Shown here one piece after another: positions 1 to 13,374 of a stretch of 64,000 bases of DNA. The position numbers and the translations under genes are program-made. The notes beneath the pieces were generated by a model. It saw only the letters and a list, made by a program, of their open reading frames with translations, was not told where the DNA came from and did no database searches. The stretch comes from Tubiluchus corallicola (lineage: Eukaryota; Animalia; Priapulida), in assembly GCA_030141605.1 (NCBI GenBank), contig JAQGDQ010000009.1:868001-932000 (forward strand). The letters are read 5' to 3'. Position 1 is the first letter of the stretch. Each line of letters starts with the position of its first letter.

Positions 1-1833
1 TCGAATGTATAAAATAAACATTGTTTTCAGAATGTTTCAACTCTTAGCTTTTGGATTTGTATTTTCATTTCACTTGTGAGCATGGATGTGGGAAGAAGGG
101 GAGCAGATGCCCGAAAAATATAGTAAAGACAAAGTATACTTTTTGTCCCATTTCGAATTTCTTTAGAAGCAGCCAAACTTTTTCAAACTTTACGCAATGT
201 TTCAAGCAACTTACCGTTAAAATGGCTGTGCCTAACGATCGTCGGGAGTTTAAACTTACAAGTTTTATAGAGCGTTATTGCAAACGCAAGCCGGTATGTA
301 ATAAGACAACATGTAAGTGAATTCAAATTTCAAGACGAACTTTATTAAGTTTTATTTGTAGCTGGGTGTTTTCTTGTGGTTAACAGTAACGTAGTGTTTA
401 CAAAATAGAAATGTAGAATGCAATAGATTTTAAGTTAACATTCATCTTTTCATTAGACAGATTCAACAGTAACGTTTCAGTCGTAATAATTTATCTATAA
501 AACCTACAAGAATGATATTCTCCTTAGTAGCATCCTTAGTAGCAATATAAGTAAACCTTAGACTTACATTTATGAAAAGACCATCAATATATGAATAACA
601 TCACTACATTTTTAGTCTATAATATTTTATTATAAACAACTTATGGCTCCGCCAATATGCTGGAACTATTATGCTTGGAGAGATGAAATTTTGCATTTTC
701 ATTCGAAAGCAACAACCATAAATGTCGAACTTCAGCATTTTCTTTCTCAAGAGTGTAAGATTAAATATTTAATGACAAAAACAGAAAACAAACACTCCAT
801 CAATGAATTTTGTAATTATATGCAATTAGTACTTTATATTGCAAACAATAACATTTTTGGATATGCTCACAGCACACATAAATTTTGCACCGAAATTATG
901 GTGAACACTTCTGTAAAACTTTCTTAAGATGCTATATACATGAAGTAGTGAAGTTTTTTGAATACTAAAATTTTTATGTAACCTCAGAGAGTGATAAAAC
1001 GAATATGGCTAAACTACTAATATTTGTGTGTGAAAAGTTTAAACAATACGATTACCATAAGGCTCGAGCAAAGCTTACGTAGACGCATTAGGCATTATAA
1101 AAGTCATTTCGGCTAAAAAAATGAAAGGTTACAAAATAAATTTTCAGCGTGAAATTTAGAATGCCTTCTATTTCAGCTTGTATCATGTTTTAATGAACAA
1201 TGAATAACTTTTATACTAATGTAGTTTTTTATGAGCCACAAACGAATAATAAATAACGATAACACATAATAAACACATACTTAAATTATGAAACACCTGC
1301 TGTGGTGCAGGCACATCATTCAGTGACTTTGTACAGTGACTATGAAAAAAGCTCATTTGAATATTTACACAGCAAAGCTATCACATCACAGCTATCTTTT
1401 TTAATTATATGCATTATGATATGTTTAAAAGTAATCAACATGTACAGAGTGCACAAATTCAATAGCAGGCTAATAAATGGAGAAGCTCCTACAAACTTTA
1501 TTCTTAACATGACATTTTTAGGTAGTCAGACAATACTCAAAAGTTTAATATCTTTTCTGATTTTTAAGTCAGTACTGTTTTTCAGCAATTTTCGTTTGCT
1601 TTCCAAAGGCTAAATAATCAGAAATAGCCTCTAATTAAGAGATCTTGATCTCAGAGCCAGCGTGTACAATTGTTACACAGTGGTTTAATCTGGTTTAATC
1701 TTACAAATTTTTTTTAGTGGCTAGAGGTAGTAAGTGGTCTGGTAGCCAAGAAAAGGTAACCAAAAAAAGAAATAAATTTTACGTTGTGTATTAAATAATT
1801 ATAATAATTTATAGCTTCTGCTATTTACAGGAT

Positions 1834-4800
1834 TTATAATTGTAATTCTTCAATGTCATCTTCGCTAACACTAACTTTGCCATTAGGCTTGGATATGTTG
1901 CTTTTAAGGACATTATCTGGTCGACCCACTATGCTGGGCAGAAAGATGTTATTCTCGCCGAATGAAGTTTTGCTGTCACCAATTGTCCAAGTGTCACCAA
2001 GTTCAGAAGTATCTGCACGTGTGACATTATTGTTACCAAACAGACTGGTCATCAAGTTAGCTTTCCTATCCTCTTTCGTAAGAGTTTTTCCAGTTTCAAA
2101 ACTGGGCATGTAAGCGCCGAACTGCATCTGGTCTTTTGGTTTATTCTGCGAAGGTCCGAGTTTTAATATAGATGGTTCATTCTTGTCACGGCCCGGAAAG
2201 CCATTATGAAAATTTTGCTTTGGCAACACGAATGTTTGTTCATTTATGCTTGGCGGCGCATTTACAATGCTGCCATTATTGTTTACATGTTGACTGCTTG
2301 ACGATTCATGAGTGAGCGATGGTAAAGATGTAGGTGGGAGTCTTGTATGATATGGCATCTGCTGTTTCTGATCTATGTCTTGCATGCGTGCTAATAATAA
2401 CTCTTTCTTATGCTTTTCTTCCTCTTCGTTTTTGATTAATTTTACTCGTTCCTTCTCCTGCCATTTTGGCGTCTCGAGTTTCTGGTTCACCGGTTTGTGG
2501 GTATCTATAAAAATAACATTAATTGCTCTGTGGCCTTAACACAAATTCTGTTTACTCAAAATCACTAACAAGCTGGTCATTCTATGACGTTAAATTCGAA
2601 AGAATATACAGTATTTACAAAAAACACTTCCAAGGAGGTAACATCTGATAGATAACATCGATTACTTTATCTCTGTGCTGCAATCATTATAAGCACGTAC
2701 TTATCAGAACTCAATGGACTATACATTTTGCAATTGTGCCACATCAAATACATAAATTTTATAGAAATTGTTGCATGTGAAAAGTGGCCAAGTCAAATTT
2801 GTTAACCACGAAAATAAATAACATTGTCCCTTGTAAAGTTTCTTGTTTTAAATGTCTAAGCTATATCAGTAATCACAAAGCACTTTCATACATGTCCTTC
2901 AATGTTTCTCTGAAGCAAGTCTGTTGTTCAGGGTACTGTAGTCAAAAAACCACTTTATTTGACTATACATTTTCTATTTTTGTGTGAAAGAACAATGTAG
3001 TTTAGGGAAGGATTAAAAGAACACATTATTACATGAACTTAATGCGTAAAACTGCATTTACATCAAGAAAGTCATTCATTAATTCATTGCAAAAAGAAAA
3101 AAGTCAGATCATTTAAATGTCTTCATGTTTTTTCAATTAATTTAACATATAATTCACAATTAGAACAAAATGTTTATTGAATAAAACATAAGAAGTTGAA
3201 CAACATGCAAAGGCCAAAAGGTAAAGATTAAATAAATTATTTACTAACTAAAATTTTGAGAAGTGTTAATGCAGTCAATTCTGCTTAACTTGGATCGCTT
3301 GGAATCAATGAATGGCTACGAGTAAGTAAAATACGAATTAGATGACTACATGTGCATGTATTTATATATAAAGAAAAGCACATCCCGGCTTGAGAAATGA
3401 CCGAGTTAACTGGAAATCAGACTTATGCCATTTCCATAATGAGCAGATTTGACTGTAAAAGCACTCTTACTTCAACTGTGTTTCATAATGAAGGCAAGCA
3501 AAATTAATTATAACTGAGAATTTAAAACAAAAGCTTGATAAAATAATTCAGCTTCTATAGTGAAACTACATACCTATGAAGCAATAGAAATCACTTCTAT
3601 GTTTAGCACAGTTAACCCGTCACTGCACGCTGCGATACACGTTAAAATAAACTGACCTTTTCCGCTTACCTGCCTCCACCTCTTCATCCAGTTCTAATTT
3701 TGATTCCTCTTCACCATTTTTCAATTCAACACTGTCTTCTTTTCTCTCTCTTTCCGTCTTCGCTGTCGCCGTCTGGATCTCGAGCTGCTCCTGCTCGGAC
3801 TTTTGTTTTCCTTTCTCCTCTCTCTCCATTTTTTTGTGCTGCAATGTGAGCAGTTGGGCATATTCATAACACTAGTGTTTTAACAGGTTATCATATACAC
3901 AATTATAGTAGCTACAGCAGTTCAGTAATTTACTGAAGTTATTATATAGCTGTAGCACCATTGCCAACAAACATTTTACTAGATCTTATTACTGCATGTT
4001 TATTTTCTCCACTGTATAAATGTATTACTGAGAGATTATAATGTAATAGGATAAACCGTTTGTTGTACATTCAGGTCATTGGCTGTTACTGGTTGCCACG
4101 TAGATAGAAAATAATCAACAATTCAAAGACAAATTATTATGCATGATTACACAGATTCAATGGCATACATATTAATTATACACGATTACACAGATGCATC
4201 CCTGTTAATTAATGCACTGTTGAATGGGAAACATTCCACTAATACTGTTGTACAAAACCCATAAAAATGTGCAAAACTGGGAATTTGTTCAGAATATTTG
4301 GCTTAATGGCAATTATATTTAAGATAAGCACACGTGAACGTGCTTGAAAACATATTTACAATGACAATAGTGTTCAGATGTGATGGCAGTTGTGTACAGT
4401 GCAATCAACACATCAAAATGTGATCATGTTTTCATTATTGCTTTATTGAACAAGTGCACGTGTTTATGGACTCTGCAGCTCAAGGTTGGAGTAATGAGCT
4501 ACTAATCAATACGGCCATTATAAAATCACACGCATGCTACTGTCAGCTAGATTTGCACAAAATGCTCACCAAAGCCTGTATTACATAGGTTTCTTACTAT
4601 AAAACAAAGAAAGATCATCCTTAAACACGCAATATTTACATCTCAAACTTAAAGGGTCACTTGCAGCCATGACTAAAAAGGTAAAGTAATGCATATAATT
4701 ACAAAATGCACACAATTACAATAACACGGTATCTGTAATACATGTTACTTTCAATGGTATCAGGACAAAACTTATGACATAGTCAAGGCTTTTGTTATTA

Positions 4801-7800
4801 ATTACATTTTTACCCTGCAACGGAAACATTTTCTAGACACACGCACTACTTGCACAATCACAGGATCTGCCAAAAATCAACATGCTACGAATCTTACTAT
4901 TAATTACTACTACTAGTAATTAATATTGCTATCACTAGTGCTTTGCATTACTATTATTATACAGGAAATTGATAGCTAGTGTCATTTATTGTCATTAAAA
5001 ATGTCTTCATGTAGAATATCCTTGCTTTTTTAACATCGGCCATCTTTAAATGACACACAACAATGCAGGATAGACAATTACAACTTAACAGGTAATAATT
5101 ATACTTCTAGTTGCTTTAACATAATTAGGTACTGCAGAATAATCAAATAATCAATGCACGTTAATGAATAAAGAAGTGAACCTACCCGTTGTGAATCTTC
5201 CTTTCCTTCGCTGCTATCTGTCTCCAGTTTCACGGTGTGATGCACATTTTCGTGTGTCAGGTCATCTTTATTATTAACAAGACTATCCTAAAAATGTGAT
5301 ATATTAATCGACTTTGTCACAAAATAGTGTCAGGCACTCAAGCAGTTACTTTTAAGTTAAATAAATCAAGAACATTTCCAAAACATCAAATTCTAAAATA
5401 CCGTAAAAAGAAATACTGACCTCAACTAAAACTGCCTATATTTTATCTAAAACTATCTCAAGGCAACTTTAACTCTGTATTTGTGCTGACAATGCGAACA
5501 TTACTTAGCTAATCAGAATTATGAAGCTCAAATCACTCATAAATTCGCATTTTATCTTCAGACGCCCAAACAATAATATTTATTTAAAAACATAATCATA
5601 TCTATATCATTAAGTAACTAACCATACATTCTTCTAGTACAGGAGTCATCGGATTTGGAAGAGGTGACATATTCATCGGCAACTGAGGTTTATGGAAGGT
5701 TGAGTACGTGGCAGCGGTCTTAATGGTAGAACCTTTTTCAATGTTTTTGGGAAAGGATTTGGTGCCAGAATTTGGAAGAAGCGGCTACAAGAGAAGAAAC
5801 ATCTGTAAGTGCACAAATGTACATAATAATGTAAACATCGCAAATCACTGATGTTACACTGGAAATGCAGCATAGTATAAATGCCATACTATCATATCAC
5901 GCCCAAATTTGCTTAACATCACATGCTAAACTGAGACCCATCTTTAGTACTTCACTCATGGTTTCAAGCTGTAACCTACTAACCTCATGCATTATTAGCT
6001 TTTGGCAGACATGACTGTGCCATTTGCAATGATAAATTCTGAGAATCTATTTCACATAGACATATCTGCCATATTGTGGTATCTGTCAAATACAGCAGTA
6101 TAACTGGTTTACACTGCCCAGTGCTACTGGCTACCTGCACAAAATCAGCTGGCGAAGATTAATGTACACCATAGCTTCACTGCAGAAGGACCACACTGAT
6201 TTATACTGCGCTGCAAAGCCTTTGGTACAGTCAAGTTGAGGTAAATTGCATTAGTGTCTTTGATTATTACTCAGAATCATAAGTAATGCCTATGCCTGGG
6301 TTGGATGTCTGTAGCAATAACATCAGATAAAACTTCCAGGAAAGCATGTCTAGTAATACTGTAGAACAAACGTCTCTAATGGCGCATTCAGAATAAGGAA
6401 TTTTGTAGTAAACGCGCGAAGAAACTCGTAAATGTATTCAGACAAGACCAAAACTTGCTGCAATTCTATGACAGTAAGTGCGAGCTGATACTCCCTTCTC
6501 TATTCACTGTGAGAAATGTTGAGAGTAACTCCCTGAGGCATTCACACTAGACAATACATCGCATGAAATCAACTCGCAGAAACTGTCGGAAAATTTGCAA
6601 TAACTTGCCGACAGTAACTCACAAAGCAGTTCACGCTTATGAATTTGCTGTCAAAGAGAAAACATTCGATAGAAAACTTGCTAGTCTGAACACACTGAAA
6701 AAGAGTTCTTTTACCCTGCTGTGTGATTCTAAGAACTAGTATTACCTGTTTCATTAACTTCAACAATAATGCTTTTCTTTAACTATCCGATGGATAAAGG
6801 TGGACCAAAAACAGATGTGAAAAGCATGTACTGCTTATTGAAGTTCATTAAAGCACAAGAAAAAACCCTTTACTTACATAAAGGTAGAAAAGCTACTTAA
6901 AGCCAAAATTTTATATCACCTACATGCTGCCTTATGGTGCACAGAGTTTATATTAGCAGTGATGATAACAGATATGTATTTAAAATATAAAATTGGCTTT
7001 TATTCCTCTTTCATGTGAAAATAAATACTCACTTGTGACGTTGTTTCAATCATTTTAGATGAGCCTTTGATCTTTCTCTTGCCCGATTTTAGTGAAGCAT
7101 CAGAACTCTGGCTTCTGCTTTTTGGGCTGGGTGTAGAACCAGGACTCAGCCGATGTGGTGGACGCATGATTCTAGACTGATAAGCTGATTTCACTTCACT
7201 TTCCTTTTGCTTTTCCTGCAAAATAGTTTACACAGGATTTTTTAATTCTAATAATAGACAATAGAAAAACAATCATCTTTGCATAACCACCACCCTACAT
7301 TTGCAGGGTTCTGAATATTAACACAATATACATATAACGTAAGTTTTCATAAAGTTTGAAACATAGAGAATTTCAGAAATAGTTTAAAATTGTCAGCGGA
7401 CTAGCATCATCACACCCTGAAGTAATATTTTAGATTTAGATTTAAATTACAAGAGAAAACTTCTTAATGTCTTTCAGTTTGACTCTTGGTAAAAATGAAA
7501 ACCTGTTTCTAATCAGTATAATGTTTGATGAAAAATGGATTTGAGAGACAAAGACCTAAAATTCCACAATTTAGCAAATCACTATCAAGTTGTATTATAT
7601 CACTATATTATTTCAAGGTCACATTGTATGAATAATTTTAATAAAGCAACCATTCAATTAGTTCTTCTCCTTGTTACAAAGAAACGGTTCTCCCTTTTAG
7701 AATAATTCAACAATGAAATGACTAAACATATTTAACTGACAGCCAATGGCTTTGAATAATTGAACAACGAAAAAACAAGAAACAATACTTTTAACCATCA

Positions 7801-10800
7801 ATGGGAGTACGTGATTTTTTTTATTTAAATTTAAATTATTCACTTTAATAAGTTATTATACGGCCTACATCTCTGAAATTGTAGCACATGGGAAAATATT
7901 AAAAAAACAATGTAATGACAATGTTTTTCATACTTACCCACACTTCTCTTTTAGTTCTATCAAGTAATGCTTCAAGATCCATCACATGTCTTTGCGTTTC
8001 CTTGTGTTTGCTAACCTCTCTAGCAACATCCCGAGTATTTGACTTCTGCAGTAGTTCTATATTCTTTTCTAACTCCTGTAAATCAATAACATATAAAAAG
8101 TTAATAAGTCAACTATGGACAATGATTGCACAATTGTGCAGATAGTGTTTTAGTTTCAAGGCCAAAAATACATATAAATATTGTCAGACAATTTGACAAA
8201 ACATTGGATTAGCGTAAACAAATCGAACTAGATAAATGCTAATATGTTCTTTATTCAGCATTGATATTTGTTTCTTTTACATGTAAGCACTATTTCGCAA
8301 GCTCATGGTTTACATGCACAACACACACGCACACAGGCATGCCTGCACACACACGCATGCACACACGCACACATTCACACACATACACACCTTCACTCAT
8401 AAGCGTATACACCATTCTCTGCATATGTGTGCAGAAGAGTGGGCCTTCTGCTCAAAATAGTACAAAGGCATTGGAAATTACAACAAATTACAAGAGAGTT
8501 TAAAAGAGATATTTAACAAAACTAAATTTCTTTCTAAATCAGTGCATACTCGTATCTTTGCTTCTTTTTGTTGTTTTTCAAACTCCAGTTTTTCCAATCG
8601 TTGCTCCAGTTCTAAGCGCTCTGGCAGTTTCTTTTTAGCATTCAACTCTTGTGCCTTTTTCAGTTTATCTTTCAGCTTTTCCATCTCTTTATCCTGAGCT
8701 CGCAGCTTCTCGTCGCACTTCCGATTCTTTTCTTGCGTTCGTCTCAGTTGTATCTGCAATAAGTAAACAGCAAAAGGCTACAGCTTCAGTTTTCAAAAGG
8801 CTTGTGTGAATTATTCGGAAAGGTTAATAATTCTGACAATCATTCATCGGGAAATCTGATATATACACCAACATGGCACTACTGCTATAATGCTAAAAGC
8901 AACTACTCAACACCCACGGCTGCAGTTATCTAAGCCAACAACTGCAACTGATTGTGAGCACCTACTGCTGTATATTAGCATGTAGGTCCACTCCAAGGAT
9001 GTTTTTAAACACTTTCTTGTTAAACATTTTCAGACCTGGAAAAAGAGTGGCATTAAGACCAAAAGACAATTTTTTAAAGTTTTTTTTTAAGTAATGAGTT
9101 CTCTAATTGAAAAAGAAACGAAAAAGCGTGTACATACATTTATTAAATTTGTTCTACTTTAAATGACATAGTTTAGGAGTTTATAATGTTATAATTTGTA
9201 GCTCAGTGGCAAATGCATAATTTGCAGCTCAAGTTATCAAAAAACAGTTAATTTGCAGAAAGATGATAGCAACGATGCTTTTTTCTTCTTAGAGCAGGTT
9301 TCAGCGACTAAAAATAAACAGTTGTCTTGAAAAATTTTGGTTAATAATCAATACCTTAAGAGAGTTTTCTTCAGTGTGATGTTTAAGTAGCATGTTTGGT
9401 AACTCAGATTCAGCATTTACATACCTGGCAAGTTCCTGAAACAAAGCACGACCAGATACATTAAAATGTTACAGTACCACTGACTAAACCTAGTTGCACT
9501 GATTTCTCTTCTTTCAAATATTGTAGTGTTAACAAAACTGATAAGGTTAAAAAAATTCTATTGAAATTGTACAGTACAACACGCAATTCTTCTACAGCTG
9601 TACCTGAAAGTACACTTATTAAACATACATCATAAAAAAGAGAAACCCACCACTCTACAATATAAGCTTGACAGCTCAAACAGTTGTGCTCATGGTTTTA
9701 CATTAAAATATCATCTCATTTCACAGATTTTCCTTCTTAATCACATTAATCATAAGGCTATTTACTGGTGATAACTGGTGCAGTTTCTTAAGCATGTAAA
9801 TGGCTATAAACTTACCAAAAGAGCTAATGCCAAGCTCCAGAAATTCACTCTGTTCAAACAGTATAATAAAAATAATGAGAGGTTTTCTGAATTTCTAACT
9901 TATGCCTTTTTGTGCAGGTTGTTTGAAGATTTCTTTAGTATGACTAACAATCAAACACAAAAACAGGCAAAAGTCAAAATTTGTTTGGTAAAAATAACCT
10001 GTGCAATGAACAGAAAAAATAAATACCTTTTGGTTTCGCTTGTCAACTCGTTGCAAGAGCCGATTTTCTTCTTCTAGATCTTTTATGCGTTTCTGTAATA
10101 TGCCCATTTGATTTTGCATATCGTTCATTTTCAATCGGGTAGCCGAAAGGAGGCGTTTCTTTACCATCGGGTTGACCGGAATCTTCTTGTTTGTAAACCC
10201 ACTACCTCGGTTTAGACTGTTATTTAGGGACTGACCTGCAACCAACAGAGCATCAGGCAAACACTTGCATTTTGAAGTTAAATTTCTTTTTTCCATCACG
10301 GTAAATCGGATCACAAATATATATTTATCAGTATAAGTTGAGCTGTGTATTTTTCCTATAGTGTATGAAAGAACACAAACCTGAAGAGTTAAAAATTCAC
10401 AGAAACCTATCACTGAATTAACAATGTGGTGTAGCACATAACTGCACACTGCACATAGTGCACAATACATAAAAAACGCGCTTATCAGATTAACTTGTGC
10501 ACTTCACTTCATTTTTTAGCAATTCTTACATCTAATTATGCAAATATGGCCTTATGGGTGAACAGTGTATATGTAGAATAATAAATTTATACATGGCCAG
10601 TGTGTAGTATACCCATATGCCGTCCTGTTTAGTTCTGCAATCATTATGCAAAATAACATTTTTTCTCTTTAAATTTTACATTTTTGTGACACAACGGTTT
10701 GGTCCCAAATCACTGTGACCATTTGGTTCACAATGTAGCGACAACATTAAGACAAAAGCATAAAGTAACCTGTAGAATGACTAAGGTGATTCGTCAAGTC

Positions 10801-13374
10801 TCGTTAACGATTAACACCAAGTACGTTTGTTTAGCAAGGGTATTCAGGTGAACTGAGGTACATGTATGTAACCTGGCAATTATATAATATGGTGCAAAGG
10901 ACTTGACAACCAGACTAGAAGCATGCCTAGCTGCAAAACAGTAAATGACTGAACAGTGAATACTTTGATATATTTAACAAACAAGCTAATAATGAAGTAG
11001 TCAGTATATGGATCTATCGAGAATGCAGTAGCCCATCATGGCCTATCTAGGTAATACATTCACATTAAATAATCTCAACATGTTTCATCATCCACTAATC
11101 TTGCAATTATCCAATTAGCAGCACAGAACCTGCTCTGTTAATTTAAATATTTAATTCAGTATTTCCACGCAAAGCCACATGCACCCGCGCAGGTTTCATT
11201 TAATTACTGTTTCACTGCTACAGGTACAACTAAACAGCACATCAATAATATTTCCCTGCTCCCAGGCTTCCATCGCATAATATAGTGCAATTCATGCAAC
11301 CTGGCTAGCTATTGATTTTTCCTCTTAACACACAATAACTTTTCAAACAGTCCGTGGAATCTGTACCTAGCAATGTTTATAAACTGATAAATAATTACAA
11401 GCTTCATTCCAATCCCAGTTTTGAGCCATGTTAGATTCTGCTGATAACTACACATACATACACACACACGCACAGGTATGCTGCAGTCGGCTAGAAAATG
11501 AAGCCAGACATTGCACAATACAATTGCCATTAGTTGTATTAATGTGTCGCCACAAAGCTATTCGGTCACGAATTGGTTCTATTCAATAGCGTTTATATAT
11601 ATATCGTCTAACTGCCAATCATTGAGGAACAGCAGATGGCATGGAAGGAAAAAATGTTTACTTCGGCTTTGATTCTCGTAATTAGAAACAATGCACGCAT
11701 ATAGTATGATATCGGACACGTGATTTGGTTCCATAGAATCACTTTTATCAATTTATAAGCTAATATAAGCTCCAAAAGTTGTTGGATGACAGGCAGTGGC
11801 CTGTTTGAGGATTTTATTTCAGGCTGTCATCCATGGTGCACAGTGATATGCTTAACTTTCTTGTTGGTCATGACTTTATAATTTTTCTGTTTACATTTTA
11901 CTTCTGTACAAATACATATATTTTGTGCCTAATAAATAATAAAGAATAACAAAGAAACTGTGAGAATGTACTACCATGATCAAAAGCTCACAATACAGAA
12001 ATGCTTAATGAACAAACGAGTGCTTAGAAAATAAACGTCACGTGTCAGTTCTACAACAATGCATCATTCACACGTAAACTAAACACAAACATCGTGGCGG
12101 CCAAACACTAAGCTTTCACTATATGTAACTTTGTACAAACAAGACTTTTCGTCAATAGCCGCCCGCAAATTTCATTTGCGCGAAAATGTTGCTATTTACA
12201 TTAACGTGGCGCTGTTGCTATGACAACCAGGTACTCATTACAAGTTGCAACTCAAGCAGTATAGACTAATGGCATTAATTTTGTATTTCTATGATATAAA
12301 GAATGGTAATAACTAACCACTAATGTGTATTGATTAGGTCATAGGCACGAAGTACTCAATGAAAATCTAAAGATAATGGTCTAAAAAATAGTTATCTGAA
12401 TTGTTATGTATTTTTCAACATAAGCAAATGTGATGAAAGATAAATGGAATATTCGAGTTAATAAGAGGGGTAATAAAAGTGAGTCGTGACAACATTTTAA
12501 AGTGAAAAATACCAAGCATTTTTCACTCACTTGCCTTTTAGCTTACGAAAATTTGGCTAGCTCCTTATCATTTGGCTAGCTTGATTTTATTGATCACCCA
12601 GTTGATATTATTAATCCAAATTTACGTGTAGACAAATTGAGAATTTTTCCTTTTTGTAAAAATGCAAGGAAACAAATTATTTTGCCTGTTCTCATTTAAC
12701 GAAGCTCATTTATTACGCCAAGAGAAACACGCAAGTCAGAAAACCACCTGCTGTGGCATTATTAAGTGATCATATAAATCCCAGCAGCAACAGCTTTGGT
12801 TAATGTGTTCAAACATATAACTGTTATGACATGTTTCTTTGTCATGACATGACTGACGTGAACGACTATTGCTAATACAGTAAATGCTTGTATTTCGTGA
12901 TATTTTAGATGAAATTTTGCATGATTACTTACCTATGTGACACTTTGTTGTACAATGTACACTGATTAAAAATTTTGTATAGCTCATATTGAGAATGTGA
13001 TTACCATGCCACAGAATGGAAAAATTATGCAGTGAATTTTGTAATAAAGCACAAGATGCACAGTCTTAAGCTGCTGCATTTGGTAGCTGCAGACAGCAAC
13101 AAATGTAACACTGTTAACTTGTACAAAACTAACACTCGTAAAAAATGTAGGCTTACAACAATCATAATATAGTTAATCTAAAAGTAGGATACAGAACATA
13201 CAAATATAAAATATATTTACCATTTGAAACCTTTGCACGTTGCTGATAACCATTACGGCTATCAGCCGGAGTAATAGATCTTGAAACTTCATCGGGAGAC
13301 GTTGAATAATCACTGGAATAAGACACATAGCTGTCCTCACTCGTATCGTTCGCATTTGTTGGCTTTGATGACAT
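1834..13374 (-). CDS. LCA5: Lebercilin-like ciliary coiled-coil protein (LCA5/LCA5L family), 10 coding exons, about 690 aa
   Basis: Coding exons in transcript order: 13374-13221, 10235-10027, 9435-9355, 8753-8550, 8075-7938, 7215-7033, 5784-5623, 5287-5186, 3838-3670, 2504-1834. All introns are GT-AG, phases join, total 2073 nt. The spliced protein has the lebercilin-domain pattern (KRLLSATRLKMNDMQNQ..LEEENRLL..ELARYVNAESELPNMLLKHHTEENSLKIQLRRTQEK..KLPERLELEQRL..ELEKNIELL..EKQKESEVKSAY) and C-terminal motifs recalled from vertebrate LCA5 (FGAYMPSF, KANLMTSLFG, EDDIEELQL*). An AG acceptor before 13408 implies an upstream non-coding exon. Confidence 0.9.
6381..6695 (-). mobile_element. Non-autonomous DNA transposon (MITE, PIF/Harbinger-like termini), copy 1
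   Basis: Imperfect inverted termini (GGCGCATTCAGA.. / ..CTAGTCTGAACACAC). The reverse complement aligns by eye with 54229-54464 (shared TTCAGACTAG.AAGTTT, GACAGCAAATT, GTGAACTGCTTTG..AGTTACTGTCGGC, TGTCTAGT.TGAAT, GAGTTACTCTC.ACATTTCTC). Confidence 0.7.
8318..8389. repeat. Degenerate (CA)n microsatellite
   Basis: Interrupted ACAC/GCAC run in an LCA5 intron. Confidence 0.8.
12214..12227. promoter_or_regulatory. RFX X-box motif in LCA5 intron
   Basis: GTTGCTATGACAAC matches the 14-bp X-box consensus GTTGCCATGGCAAC at 12/14 with tolerated substitutions. It lies in a locally CpG-rich patch of a ciliary gene. Confidence 0.6.

Noticed and set aside
51-1613. Plus-strand ORFs 51-320, 643-927 and 1302-1613
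   Set aside because: No recognisable protein features or consistent exon chain; the region is most simply the LCA5 3' UTR and intergenic DNA.
3657-3670. Alternative LCA5 donor AAG|GTCAGT at 3657
   Set aside because: It gives phase 2, incompatible with the phase-1 last exon; the donor at 3670 keeps the frame.
4649-4670. TTAAAGGGTCACTTGCAG as a Kolobok-type terminus
   Set aside because: I could not find a matching inverted end.
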